A stretch of DNA of 64,000 nucleotides from a bacterium (lineage in GTDB: Bacteria; Elusimicrobiota; Elusimicrobia; Elusimicrobiales; UBA9959). This document shows positions 37,995-46,109 of this stretch, one piece after another (within the stretch, counting starts at the first letter, position 1; each line of letters opens with the position of its first letter). The position numbers were made by a program, and so were the translations under genes. A model generated the notes under the pieces. That model had not been told where the DNA came from. It saw only the letters and a list, made by a program, of their open reading frames with translations, and did no database searches. The stretch covers positions 1,775 to 65,774 of the forward strand of contig JAJYNO010000033.1 in assembly GCA_021786295.1 (NCBI GenBank). Direction: 5' to 3'.

Positions 37995-38894
37995 ATGGAT
38001 ATCTCTGCAATTATATTAACACTCGACGAGGAGGCTAATCTTGACGCCTCCATGAGCGTCTTATCCGGAGTCGTAAAGGATATCTTTGTGGTTGACTCTT
38101 TCTCCAGCGACAAAACGCTGCAGATTGCGGCCTCGTATGGCGCCAAAGTTTATCAGAATAAATTCATCAATCAGGCGCAACAACTTAAATGGGCTTTTGA
38201 GAACCTGCCGATACGCACTAAATGGATAATGCGTGTGGACGCGGACGAACGGTGGACTCCTGAGGCATTGGCTGAACTGGGGGTAGTCCTGGAGAAAGAT
38301 TCTGCTGATTCTGTATACGTGAAGATGCGCATTTTCTTTATGGACCGTTGGATGCGCCACGGGGGACATTACCCCAATCATTACTTGCGAGTTTTTAGGA
38401 CTGATAATGCCAAGATAGAAAACCGGATGATGGACGAGCATGTCATCCCTTATGGGCGGACCATGGTGTTGAAAAAAGACATCATTGAATACAACCTTAA
38501 GGATCGGAATTTTTCCATCTCCAATTTCATCACCAAGCATAATCAGTTCTCGACCAGGGAAGCGGTTGAGGCCATTGCGATACGGCATGGCTATGTGAAA
38601 ATTGATTCGGTCGCGGATATAGGCGGCGGGCGTACTGAGCGCAAAAGATACATCAAGGAGAACGTTTATTACAGGCTGCCGCTTTTCCTGCGAGCTTTCC
38701 TGTATTTCTTTTACCGCTACTTTTTCCAGCTTGGCTTCCTGGATGGACGGGAGGGTTTTGTTTTTCATTTTCTTCAGGGGCTCTGGTACCGTTTCCTCAT
38801 TGATGTGAAGATTTTTGAGATAATGCGGAAGGCGGAGAAGGAGCGCAAGGATATTCGCTTGGTTGTAAAAGAGCTGCATGGGATAGAAATCTAG
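37995..38894 (+). CDS. Glycosyltransferase family 2
   Basis: ISAIILTLDEEANL...FVVDSFSSDKT and the RVDADERW (DxD) motif. Confidence 0.75.
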   Translation: MDISAIILTLDEEANLDASMSVLSGVVKDIFVVDSFSSDKTLQIAASYGAKVYQNKFINQAQQLKWAFENLPIRTKWIMRVDADERWTPEALAELGVVLEKDSADSVYVKMRIFFMDRWMRHGGHYPNHYLRVFRTDNAKIENRMMDEHVIPYGRTMVLKKDIIEYNLKDRNFSISNFITKHNQFSTREAVEAIAIRHGYVKIDSVADIGGGRTERKRYIKENVYYRLPLFLRAFLYFFYRYFFQLGFLDGREGFVFHFLQGLWYRFLIDVKIFEIMRKAEKERKDIRLVVKELHGIEI

Positions 38895-38917
38895 GCGCTT
38901 TAAGGGGAAATTGACAG

Positions 38918-40171
38918 GTGCGGCTACTAATAGTCTCCCAATACTTCTGGCCCGAGAATTTCAGGGTGAACGACCTCGCCTTGGCTCTTAAACAGCGCGG
39001 CCACGATGTTACGGTGCTTACCGGTATCCCCAATTATCCGGAGGGGGCCTACTTCCCGGGGTATGGGCTGTTCCAGAAGAGAGCAGAAGATTATAACGGC
39101 GTGCGTGTTGTGCGCGTTCCCTTGGTCTCGAGGGGAAAATCTAAGAGGCTGCGGCTGGTAATAAACTATTTCTCTTTTGTGCTGTTTGCTTCCCTCCTTG
39201 GCCCATTCTATTGCCGCGGGGATTATGACGCTATCTTCGTCTTTGAAACCTCTCCCGTCACAGTTGGATTGCCGGCTATCGTGCTGAAATGGATTAAAAA
39301 AGCGCCTATCTTCTTCTGGATACTGGATCTCTGGCCGGAGAATCTCTCGGCTACTGGGGCGGTCAAGTCTCCTGCTGTACTTTCCGCCGTGGGCCGGCTG
39401 GTGCGATTTATATATTCGCAGTGCGACCGCATTCTTATTTCCTCCAAGGGCTTCGCAAAGCAGGTCACTTCGTTGGGCTTTACTGCGGAGAATATACATT
39501 ACTTCCCTAACTGGGTGGAGGATGCTTACTGGGCGCAGCCCAAAGATTCCCTTCCTCCTGATTTGGCTAGGCTGCCTGAAGGTTTTCGCATAGTTTTTGC
39601 CGGCAATATCGGGGCGGCGCAGAGTTTCGAGGCCATTCTGGCCGCAGCCGAGATCTTGCGCGGACACAAGGATATTCACTGGCTTATAATTGGTGACGGG
39701 CGCATGGCTGATTGGGTAAATGTGCAGATAAAAGAGCGCAAGCTCGAAGATACTTTCCACATGCTTGGGCGTCATTCGCCTGAAACCGTTGTGGATATCT
39801 GCGCAAAAGCTGATGCGCTGCTTGTTTCGCTGCGGCCCGACCCTGCCTTTGCGCTTACCGTTCCCGGTAAGATACAGTCCTATCTCGCCTGCGCTAAGCC
39901 GGTCATAGCTTCACTGGATGGAGAAGGGGCCGCGCTTATTGCTGAGTCTGGTGCCGGCCTGGCCTGTCCGGCCGGCGACGCCCGGGCGCTGGCCGATGCG
40001 GTTTCTTCGCTGAAGGCCATGCCGAGAGAGGAGCGCGAGAAGATGGGGGGGCGGGGGCTGGAGTACTGCCGCCGCAACTTCACGCGAGACGGGCTTATTG
40101 CCAGCCTGGAGGGTTGGCTTACGGAAGTTGCTAAAAAGTATAATAAACCGACGGATTTAGGGGATCTATGA
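38918..40171 (+). CDS. WcaI-like glycosyltransferase (GT4)
   Basis: GTG start. MRLLIVSQYFWPENFRVNDLALALKQRGHDVTVLTGIPNYPEG is the characteristic WcaI-type N-terminus, followed by a C-terminal GT-B domain. Confidence 0.8.
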   Translation: MRLLIVSQYFWPENFRVNDLALALKQRGHDVTVLTGIPNYPEGAYFPGYGLFQKRAEDYNGVRVVRVPLVSRGKSKRLRLVINYFSFVLFASLLGPFYCRGDYDAIFVFETSPVTVGLPAIVLKWIKKAPIFFWILDLWPENLSATGAVKSPAVLSAVGRLVRFIYSQCDRILISSKGFAKQVTSLGFTAENIHYFPNWVEDAYWAQPKDSLPPDLARLPEGFRIVFAGNIGAAQSFEAILAAAEILRGHKDIHWLIIGDGRMADWVNVQIKERKLEDTFHMLGRHSPETVVDICAKADALLVSLRPDPAFALTVPGKIQSYLACAKPVIASLDGEGAALIAESGAGLACPAGDARALADAVSSLKAMPREEREKMGGRGLEYCRRNFTRDGLIASLEGWLTEVAKKYNKPTDLGDL

Positions 40172-41181
40172 CCAATCTTAAAGGCAAGACCATACTTATC
40201 ACTGGCGGCACGGGTTCTTTCGGGAACGAGCTGCTCAGTACTATTATAGACCGGGACTATAAAGAGGTCCGCATCTTCAGCCGCGACGAACTTAAGCAGG
40301 ACCAGATGCGCACCCGCCTTAACAACCCCAAGGTCAAGTTCCATATAGGCGACGTGCGTGACCGCAACAGCGTGGACCGCGTCATGAAGGGCGTGGATAT
40401 GGTCTTTCACGCGGCTGCCCTGAAGCAGGTGCCGTCCTGCGAATTCTTCCCCATGCAGGCGGTACTGACCAACATAATAGGCAGCCATAACGTTATAGAG
40501 TCAGCCGTGGCGCATAATGTGTCCAGCGTGGTCTGTCTCGGCACCGATAAGGCGGTCTATCCCATAAATGCCATGGGCATGTCCAAGGCGCTTATGGAGA
40601 AGGTGGCGCAGTCCGCCGCGCGCGCGCAGGAGGGCAAGGATACTGTTGTGAGCTGCGTGCGCTACGGGAACGTCATGTGTTCGCGTGGCTCGGTTATCCC
40701 TCTGTTCATCAAACAAATAAAGGCCGGCCAACCTATCACGGTTACCGAGCCAGGAATGACACGTTTCCTGTTGCCCCTGCCTGAAGCCATAAAGCTTGTG
40801 CTGTTCGCTTTCTCCAACGCCCGGCAGGGGGATATCTTCATCAAAAAGTCCCCGGCCTGCACGGTGGCGGACCTGGCCACAGCGTTGAAAGAGGTGTTCA
40901 ATTCCGAAGTTCCGGTGAAATCAATAGGCATAAGACACGGCGAAAAAATATACGAGACGCTGGCCACCATTGAGGAATTGCGCCGCGCGGAGGACATGGG
41001 AGACTACTTCCGGGTGAGGATGGACGGGCGCGACCTGAACTACAGTAAGTACTTTACGGAAGGCGATAAGAAAGAAGCCGCCGTAACTGACTATACTTCA
41101 CATAATACCGAACGTCTGAACATAAAGCAGGTAAAGGAACTTCTACTTAAGCTCCCGGAAGTCAGGGACGAACTTAACTAG
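40168..41181 (+). CDS. fnlA: UDP-N-acetylglucosamine 4,6-dehydratase/5-epimerase (FnlA/CapE/WbjB type)
   Basis: KTILITGGTGSFGNE...EVRIFSRDELKQDQMR...NPKVKFHIGDVRD closely matches the FnlA/CapE N-terminus. MSKALMEK is the active-site region. Confidence 0.85.
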   Translation: MTNLKGKTILITGGTGSFGNELLSTIIDRDYKEVRIFSRDELKQDQMRTRLNNPKVKFHIGDVRDRNSVDRVMKGVDMVFHAAALKQVPSCEFFPMQAVLTNIIGSHNVIESAVAHNVSSVVCLGTDKAVYPINAMGMSKALMEKVAQSAARAQEGKDTVVSCVRYGNVMCSRGSVIPLFIKQIKAGQPITVTEPGMTRFLLPLPEAIKLVLFAFSNARQGDIFIKKSPACTVADLATALKEVFNSEVPVKSIGIRHGEKIYETLATIEELRRAEDMGDYFRVRMDGRDLNYSKYFTEGDKKEAAVTDYTSHNTERLNIKQVKELLLKLPEVRDELN

Positions 41182-41185
41182 CACA

Positions 41186-42286
41186 ATGGTCAACGTCGGA
41201 ATAACCGGTATAGACGGCCTGATAGGCTGGCACCTGCGGTCTTTCCTGCATGGACAGAAAGACGTGGCAGTGCACGGCGCCGACAAGCCGGAGTTCGCTT
41301 CGCAGGAAGCTTTAAGGAAGTTTGCCGCCTCCTGCGACGCCATAGTCCACCTCGCCGGGATGAACCGGGGAGAAGACGCCGAGGTGGCTGCCATTAACGC
41401 TGCCCTTACCGAGAAATTGCTCTCGGCCTGCGATTCCGCCCGTGTAAAACCGCATATAATCTTCTCTTCTTCCACGCATATCCACCGGGGCACCCCTTAC
41501 GGCGAGTCCAAGAAGAAATGCTCCGCGCTGCTGCGGGCCTGGGCTGATAAGAACAAAGTTCCTTTTACCAACCTCGTTCTCCCCAATATTTACGGGGAAT
41601 CCGGGCGGCCTTTCTATAATTCAGCGGTTTCCACGTTTTGCTACCAGCTGGCTAACGCCCAGAAGCCGGAGATAATAAAAGACGCTGAAGTGGAGCTCCT
41701 GCATGCTCGCCACGTGGCGCAGGAGATATACATGCTGATCAAGGAACCGATCGACGGCGAGCTTACCTTTAAAGGACATAAAATGCTGGTAAGCCAGCTT
41801 CTGGCTAAGTTAAAAAGTATCGCTGACCTGTATTCCAGGCATATAGTTCCGGACCTCAGACAGGAGCATGACCTGGACCTTTTTAATACCTACAGGTCCT
41901 ACCTGTTCCCCGCCCGGGTTCCGGTGCCGCTGGAGTTAAAGACTGACGCCCGTGGGTATCTCTTTGAGGCGGTAAAGAGCGGCAACGGCGGGCAGACTTT
42001 CATCTCGTCAACTGAGCCCGGCGTTACGCGGGGAAACCACTATCATATCCGCAAGTTCGAACGTTTCCTTGTGATAGAAGGGAAGGCCAGCATACGCGTG
42101 CGCAAGCTTTTCTCCGGGGAAGTGCATGAATTCCACGTTGAAAGCTCCAAACCCCAATACGTGGACATGCCGGCGCTGCATACCCACAATATCACCAACA
42201 CCGGCGACGCCCCGCTTTTAACCCTGTTCTGGAGTAATGAGATATTCGACCCGGCCGATCCGGACACCTATCAGGAAACGGTATGA
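41186..42286 (+). CDS. fnlB: CapF/FnlB/WbjC-type bifunctional reductase (SDR N-domain plus cupin C-domain)
   Basis: 366 aa with a short-chain reductase N-half and the cupin-like C-half FISSTEPGVTRGNHYHIRKFERFLVIEG. It lies between the fnlA-like and fnlC-like genes. Confidence 0.78.
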   Translation: MVNVGITGIDGLIGWHLRSFLHGQKDVAVHGADKPEFASQEALRKFAASCDAIVHLAGMNRGEDAEVAAINAALTEKLLSACDSARVKPHIIFSSSTHIHRGTPYGESKKKCSALLRAWADKNKVPFTNLVLPNIYGESGRPFYNSAVSTFCYQLANAQKPEIIKDAEVELLHARHVAQEIYMLIKEPIDGELTFKGHKMLVSQLLAKLKSIADLYSRHIVPDLRQEHDLDLFNTYRSYLFPARVPVPLELKTDARGYLFEAVKSGNGGQTFISSTEPGVTRGNHYHIRKFERFLVIEGKASIRVRKLFSGEVHEFHVESSKPQYVDMPALHTHNITNTGDAPLLTLFWSNEIFDPADPDTYQETV

Positions 42287-43428
42287 CCATGAAAAAACTT
42301 AAAGTGATGACCGTTGTCGGCACCCGTCCGGAGATCATCCGCCTGTCCCGGGTGCTGGCCGAATTGGACGCCGTTACCGACCACGTGCTGGTACATACGG
42401 GCCAGAACTACGATTATGAGCTTAACGAGGTGTTCTTTAAGGATCTTGAGATAAAGAAGCCCGTTCATTTCCTGTCCGCAGCCGGCAAGAATGCCGCTGA
42501 GACTATAGCAGCGGTTATCGCCAGGGTGGACGCTGTACTTGAAAAGGAACGCCCCGAGGCGGTGCTTATCCTCGGAGATACAAACAGCTGTCTGGCGGCA
42601 ATACCGGCCAAGAGGCGCAAGATTCCTGTCTTTCACATGGAGGCGGGCAACCGCTGCTTCGACCAGCGCGTGCCGGAGGAAATCAATCGTAAGATAGTCG
42701 ATCACATCAGCGACATAAACATGCCGTACAGTTCCATAGCGCGGGAGTACTTGCTTAACGAGGGAATCCCGGCGGACAGGGTGATAAAGACCGGCAGCCC
42801 CATGTTCGAGGTTCTGTCACACTACGCCGGCAAGATAGACTCGTCCAAGGCGCTTTCCCGTTTCAAGCTGAAGCGGAAGGATTTCTTTGTCGTGAGCGCC
42901 CACCGGGAGGAGAACATAGATTCCGACGTAAACCTTGAGAAGCTAGGCCGCGTATTGAACATGCTCGCCGCGGATTACGGCAAGCGCGTTATTGTTTCTA
43001 CACATCCGCGCACGCGCAAGCGCGTCGAAAGCCGCAATTTGCGCTTTCATAAAAATATCGAACTGCTCAAACCCTTGAGCTTCTCCGATTATGTCTGCCT
43101 GCAGAAGAATGCCTATGTGGTGCTCTCGGACAGCGGCACGATCTCTGAGGAGGCGGCTATTCTGAAGTTCCCGGCTATTAATATCCGAGAGGCCCACGAA
43201 CGTCCTGAAGGTATGGAGGAAGCTGCCGTAGTGATGAGCGGCCTGGAAACTGAACGAGTGAGGCAAGCCATAGCCATGTACTCCGGAAAGGCAAGGGCTA
43301 CGGAGGTAATGCTGAGGTCTGTCGCCGACTATAGCGTGCCTAATGTTTCTTGGAAGGTCGCGCGGATAATACTTTCCTACACCGATTATGTAAACCGCAA
43401 TGTTTGGCGAAAGCAGAGCGGATATTAA
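42283..43428 (+). CDS. fnlC: UDP-N-acetylglucosamine 2-epimerase, non-hydrolysing (FnlC/CapG/WbjD type)
   Basis: KVMTVVGTRPEIIRLSRV, HTGQNYD, ILGDTNS and HMEAGNRCFD motifs of the Epimerase_2 family. Confidence 0.85.
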   Translation: MTMKKLKVMTVVGTRPEIIRLSRVLAELDAVTDHVLVHTGQNYDYELNEVFFKDLEIKKPVHFLSAAGKNAAETIAAVIARVDAVLEKERPEAVLILGDTNSCLAAIPAKRRKIPVFHMEAGNRCFDQRVPEEINRKIVDHISDINMPYSSIAREYLLNEGIPADRVIKTGSPMFEVLSHYAGKIDSSKALSRFKLKRKDFFVVSAHREENIDSDVNLEKLGRVLNMLAADYGKRVIVSTHPRTRKRVESRNLRFHKNIELLKPLSFSDYVCLQKNAYVVLSDSGTISEEAAILKFPAINIREAHERPEGMEEAAVVMSGLETERVRQAIAMYSGKARATEVMLRSVADYSVPNVSWKVARIILSYTDYVNRNVWRKQSGY

Positions 43429-43510
43429 AAATAGCGCAACCTTTCTCTTTATCCGGCGTAACCTTTGTTACTCCGCCGCTTCAGTTCTAAAGTGCTAAAA
43501 TGGGGGTGAT

Positions 43511-44575
43511 ATGCACTTTGGTCACAAGCTGATAGTGGTGTTCCTGGTCTCGCTCGTCTCCACTTATCTGGTGATCTGGCTGGCGCGGCTGCTGTCCTTC
43601 GGGATAGACGCGGTGAAGGGCAAGAAGCACTGCACGCACAAGCGCGCCGTGCCCCGGCTGGGCGGGCTGGGGATATTCGCGGGCTTCGCCGCTGGTTATT
43701 ACCTTTTCGGGCTGGATTTCATAGCTTCCACGCTGATGATCTGCGTGGCGCTGCCCTTCCTGCTGGGGCTGGTGGAGGACGTCACCCAGCGCCTCAGCGC
43801 CAATTTCCGCTTCCTGATGATGGCGCTGTTCTCGCTGACGGCGCTGTTCCTGGTGGGGGACCTGATCGTCTACGATATAGGCGTGGACCTGCCGGTGTAC
43901 GCGGCGGTGCCGCTCACCATCCTGGCCTTTACCGGGCTGGCCAACGCCATTAACCTTATAGACGGCTTCAACGGGCTGGCGGCGGGCATAAGCGCTATGG
44001 CCTTCGCCGGGCTGGCGATGGTGTCGTATCTGCATTTCAGGCAGGGGGTGTTCGCCACCTCGCTTACCATGCTGTTCTCCATAGCGGGGTTCGTCGTCTT
44101 CAACTTCCCCGGCGGGAGGATCTTCCTGGGCGACGGCGGGGCGTATTTCATGGGGTTCATGCTGGCGCTGCTCTCCGCGTTGCTGATAAACCGCGGCATA
44201 GGGATAATCTCGCCGTGGTTCCCGGTGGCGCTGCTGCTCTACCCCATAACGGACACGCTGTTCGCCATCTACCGGCGCCGGGTGCTGAAGGGGCGCAAGG
44301 CGTTCGCGGCGGACCTGCTGCACATGCACAGCCTGGTGTACAAGCGGGTGGCGCGCAAGAACCACCTGACCTCTATCTACGTGCTGCTCTTCAACCTGCC
44401 GTTCACTGTTTTTGCGGTGCTGCTGTACCGCAATACGGTGGGGCTCATTGTGCTCTGCGGGTTTTACGTTATGGGTTACGTGACGTTGTACATGGCCATT
44501 GTGAATTTCCGGATAAAGAAGGTGGTCGGCAACCCCATGCTCCCCGCCGACGGCGAAGGCATCAAGCTACTGTAA
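43511..44575 (+). CDS. Polyprenyl-phosphate HexNAc-1-phosphate transferase (MraY/WecA/WbpL family, initiating enzyme)
   Basis: 354 aa with about 10 TM and the motifs NAINLIDGFNGLAAG and FLGDGGAYFMGF. Confidence 0.85.
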   Translation: MHFGHKLIVVFLVSLVSTYLVIWLARLLSFGIDAVKGKKHCTHKRAVPRLGGLGIFAGFAAGYYLFGLDFIASTLMICVALPFLLGLVEDVTQRLSANFRFLMMALFSLTALFLVGDLIVYDIGVDLPVYAAVPLTILAFTGLANAINLIDGFNGLAAGISAMAFAGLAMVSYLHFRQGVFATSLTMLFSIAGFVVFNFPGGRIFLGDGGAYFMGFMLALLSALLINRGIGIISPWFPVALLLYPITDTLFAIYRRRVLKGRKAFAADLLHMHSLVYKRVARKNHLTSIYVLLFNLPFTVFAVLLYRNTVGLIVLCGFYVMGYVTLYMAIVNFRIKKVVGNPMLPADGEGIKLL

Positions 44576-44592
44576 AAGTGTAAAAGGGGTGT

Positions 44593-44757
44593 AAAAGGGG
44601 ACAGGCTACTTTTTCCGGGGGGCGAATGGCGGGTTTCCCGACGCGGGGCCTTGATGGAAAAACGGGGACAGGCTGCTTTTCTTGCGAAAAGTAGCCTGTC
44701 CCCGTTTTTTTACCTCGGGAAGGCGCCCCAGAAAAAGTAGCCTGTCCCCTTTTTACC
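44593..44757. repeat. Composite nested REPIN-like element A (X-H1-Y)
   Basis: REP cores at 44597(+), 44664(+), 44687(-) and 44732(-). See the mobile_element entry for sub-structure. Confidence 0.9.
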
Positions 44758-44760
44758 TTT

Positions 44761-45888
44761 TTATGCTGAGAGCTGAGCTAGCCAGGAGGCGGCTGGGGAG
44801 ATGACGATGTCGCCTTCCCTGTGTTCCTTGCGCGCATTGTGTACAAGTTGTACGGCGCGCACGGCCGAATGGCGGGCCTTAAAATAGGCCAGATTGCGGC
44901 TCGGCGCTTCGTCGGATAGTTTTACTTCAAGGAACTCCGTCAATTCCCCGTTCTGCGCCAAGGCGAAGTCCACTTCCCTGCCGTCCTTTGTGCGCAGGTA
45001 GTGCAGCGACACGTCCGAGCCCTTGGCGTCTTGCAGGTATTGCACGTGCTTGAGCAGTGATACCGCCACGGTGTTTTCCAGGCGGGCACCCTCGTCCCCG
45101 TCTACATAGCCGCTGTCGTAAAAATATATTTTCGGCTCTTTTAAAAGCGATCTGGCTATGTTCTTGTGGAACGGGCGGACCGGGAATATTATATGCAGGC
45201 TTTCCAGGATTTCCATGTATTTGCGGATGGTGTTGGGGGCCACTTGTAAGTCGCCGGCCAGGGAGGTGTAGGACAGCGGGGAGCCAGTGCGCCTGCGTAG
45301 CATTTCAAGCAGCAGTCGTATGGCCCGTACCTCGGTTATGCGGCTGAAGTCCAGGATGTCCTCGCGTACTAGGTCGGTGTAGTATTGGCGGCGCCAGCGG
45401 GCGGCATCGTCTTCGGAGCCGGAAAGGAACGGTTCGGGAAAGCCTCCCAGGCGGTTTAGTGCCGAAAGGGCCTCGTACGGCGACATAGTGGCGGCCAGCT
45501 CTTTTACCGACAGCGGGTTGAGGCGGTAGAGAAAATATCGTCCGGCGAGTGAATCTCCGGTCTGTCGGAAAGTGTCCAGCCTGGCGCTGCCGGTGATAAG
45601 GAAACCTTGGGCCTCGGGCCGGGTGTCGAATGTCCCTTTTAGGAAATTCTTCCAGCCTTTCATCTTATGAATTTCGTCCAGTATTACCAGATCGGAATCA
45701 AGCGGCCAGGTGCGGTTGCGTATTATCCTGATGTCCGAAACGTCGTCCTGGTTGAGGTAGATGGTTTTTTTAAAATGCTCCCCCACGCTTTTGGAAAAAA
45801 ACGTTTTCCCGACTTGGCGCGGGCCGGTTATGAAGATCATCTTTTTCTTTATGTCCGGTATCACATTGCTTTGGAGGTAGCGTTCCAT
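44761..45888 (-). CDS. AAA+ ATPase with DUF4143-type C-terminal domain (COG1373-like)
   Basis: 375 aa with Walker A ITGPRQVGKTF, Walker B LVILDEIH, and a C-terminal region as in AAA_14/DUF4143 proteins. Confidence 0.8.
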   Translation of the reverse strand: MERYLQSNVIPDIKKKMIFITGPRQVGKTFFSKSVGEHFKKTIYLNQDDVSDIRIIRNRTWPLDSDLVILDEIHKMKGWKNFLKGTFDTRPEAQGFLITGSARLDTFRQTGDSLAGRYFLYRLNPLSVKELAATMSPYEALSALNRLGGFPEPFLSGSEDDAARWRRQYYTDLVREDILDFSRITEVRAIRLLLEMLRRRTGSPLSYTSLAGDLQVAPNTIRKYMEILESLHIIFPVRPFHKNIARSLLKEPKIYFYDSGYVDGDEGARLENTVAVSLLKHVQYLQDAKGSDVSLHYLRTKDGREVDFALAQNGELTEFLEVKLSDEAPSRNLAYFKARHSAVRAVQLVHNARKEHREGDIVISPAASWLAQLSA

Positions 45889-45894
45889 TTTAGT

Positions 45895-45924
45895 ATTTTA
45901 TGCATAATATTGCCGTTTAGTCAA
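45895..45924 (-). promoter_or_regulatory. Near-consensus sigma70-type promoter of the ATPase gene; predicts a leaderless or near-leaderless mRNA
   Basis: The minus strand reads TTGACT (45924-45919), 18 nt, TAAAAT (45900-45895), 6 nt, then ATG (45888-45886). No Shine-Dalgarno sequence is present. Confidence 0.5.
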
Positions 45925-45943
45925 GACTAATATGCAAAGTAAA

Positions 45944-46109
45944 GGTAAAAGGGGACAGGCTACTTTTTCTGGGGCGCCTTCCCGAGGTAAAAAAACGGGG
46001 ACAGGCTGCTTTTCTTGCGAAAAGTAGCCTGTCCCCGTTTTTCCATCAAGGCCTCACGTCGGGAAACCTGCCCTGCGCCCTCCCAGAAAAAGTAGCCTGT
46101 CCCCTTTTT
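45944..46109. repeat. Composite nested REPIN-like element B (Y'-H2-X')
   Basis: REP cores at 45951(+), 45997(+), 46020(-) and 46087(-). The flanks are the reverse complement of element A, while the central 52 nt are in the same orientation as in A. Confidence 0.9.

Larger units (their letters stand above)
25600..38900. other. AT-rich compositional island inside the polysaccharide locus
   Basis: Hand-counted 60-nt lines: 25501-25560 is 70% GC, 25621-25680 is 38%, 33301-33360 is 28%, 38941-39000 is 55%. The left transition falls inside the wzz-like ORF. Confidence 0.75.
44658..46042. mobile_element. Putative inserted cassette: 52-nt direct repeats plus 47/48-nt inverted repeats enclosing a single AAA+ ATPase gene
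   Basis: Direct repeats at 44658-44709 and 45991-46042 read as identical (AAAAACGGGGACAGGCTGCTTTTCTTGCGAAAAGTAGCCTGTCCCCGTTTTT). Inverted repeats at 44710-44757 and 45944-45990 differ by one base in an A/T run. The outer arms 44593-44657 and 46043-46109 are imperfect inverted repeats. Confidence 0.45.

Noticed and set aside
25600-38900. AT-rich island considered as a prophage, ICE or transposon
   Set aside because: Every ORF in it is a glycan-synthesis function (GTs, flippase, polymerase, modifying enzymes). There is no integrase, transposase, tRNA attachment site or terminal repeat, and the left boundary is inside wzz. This indicates allelic replacement by homologous recombination rather than site-specific integration.
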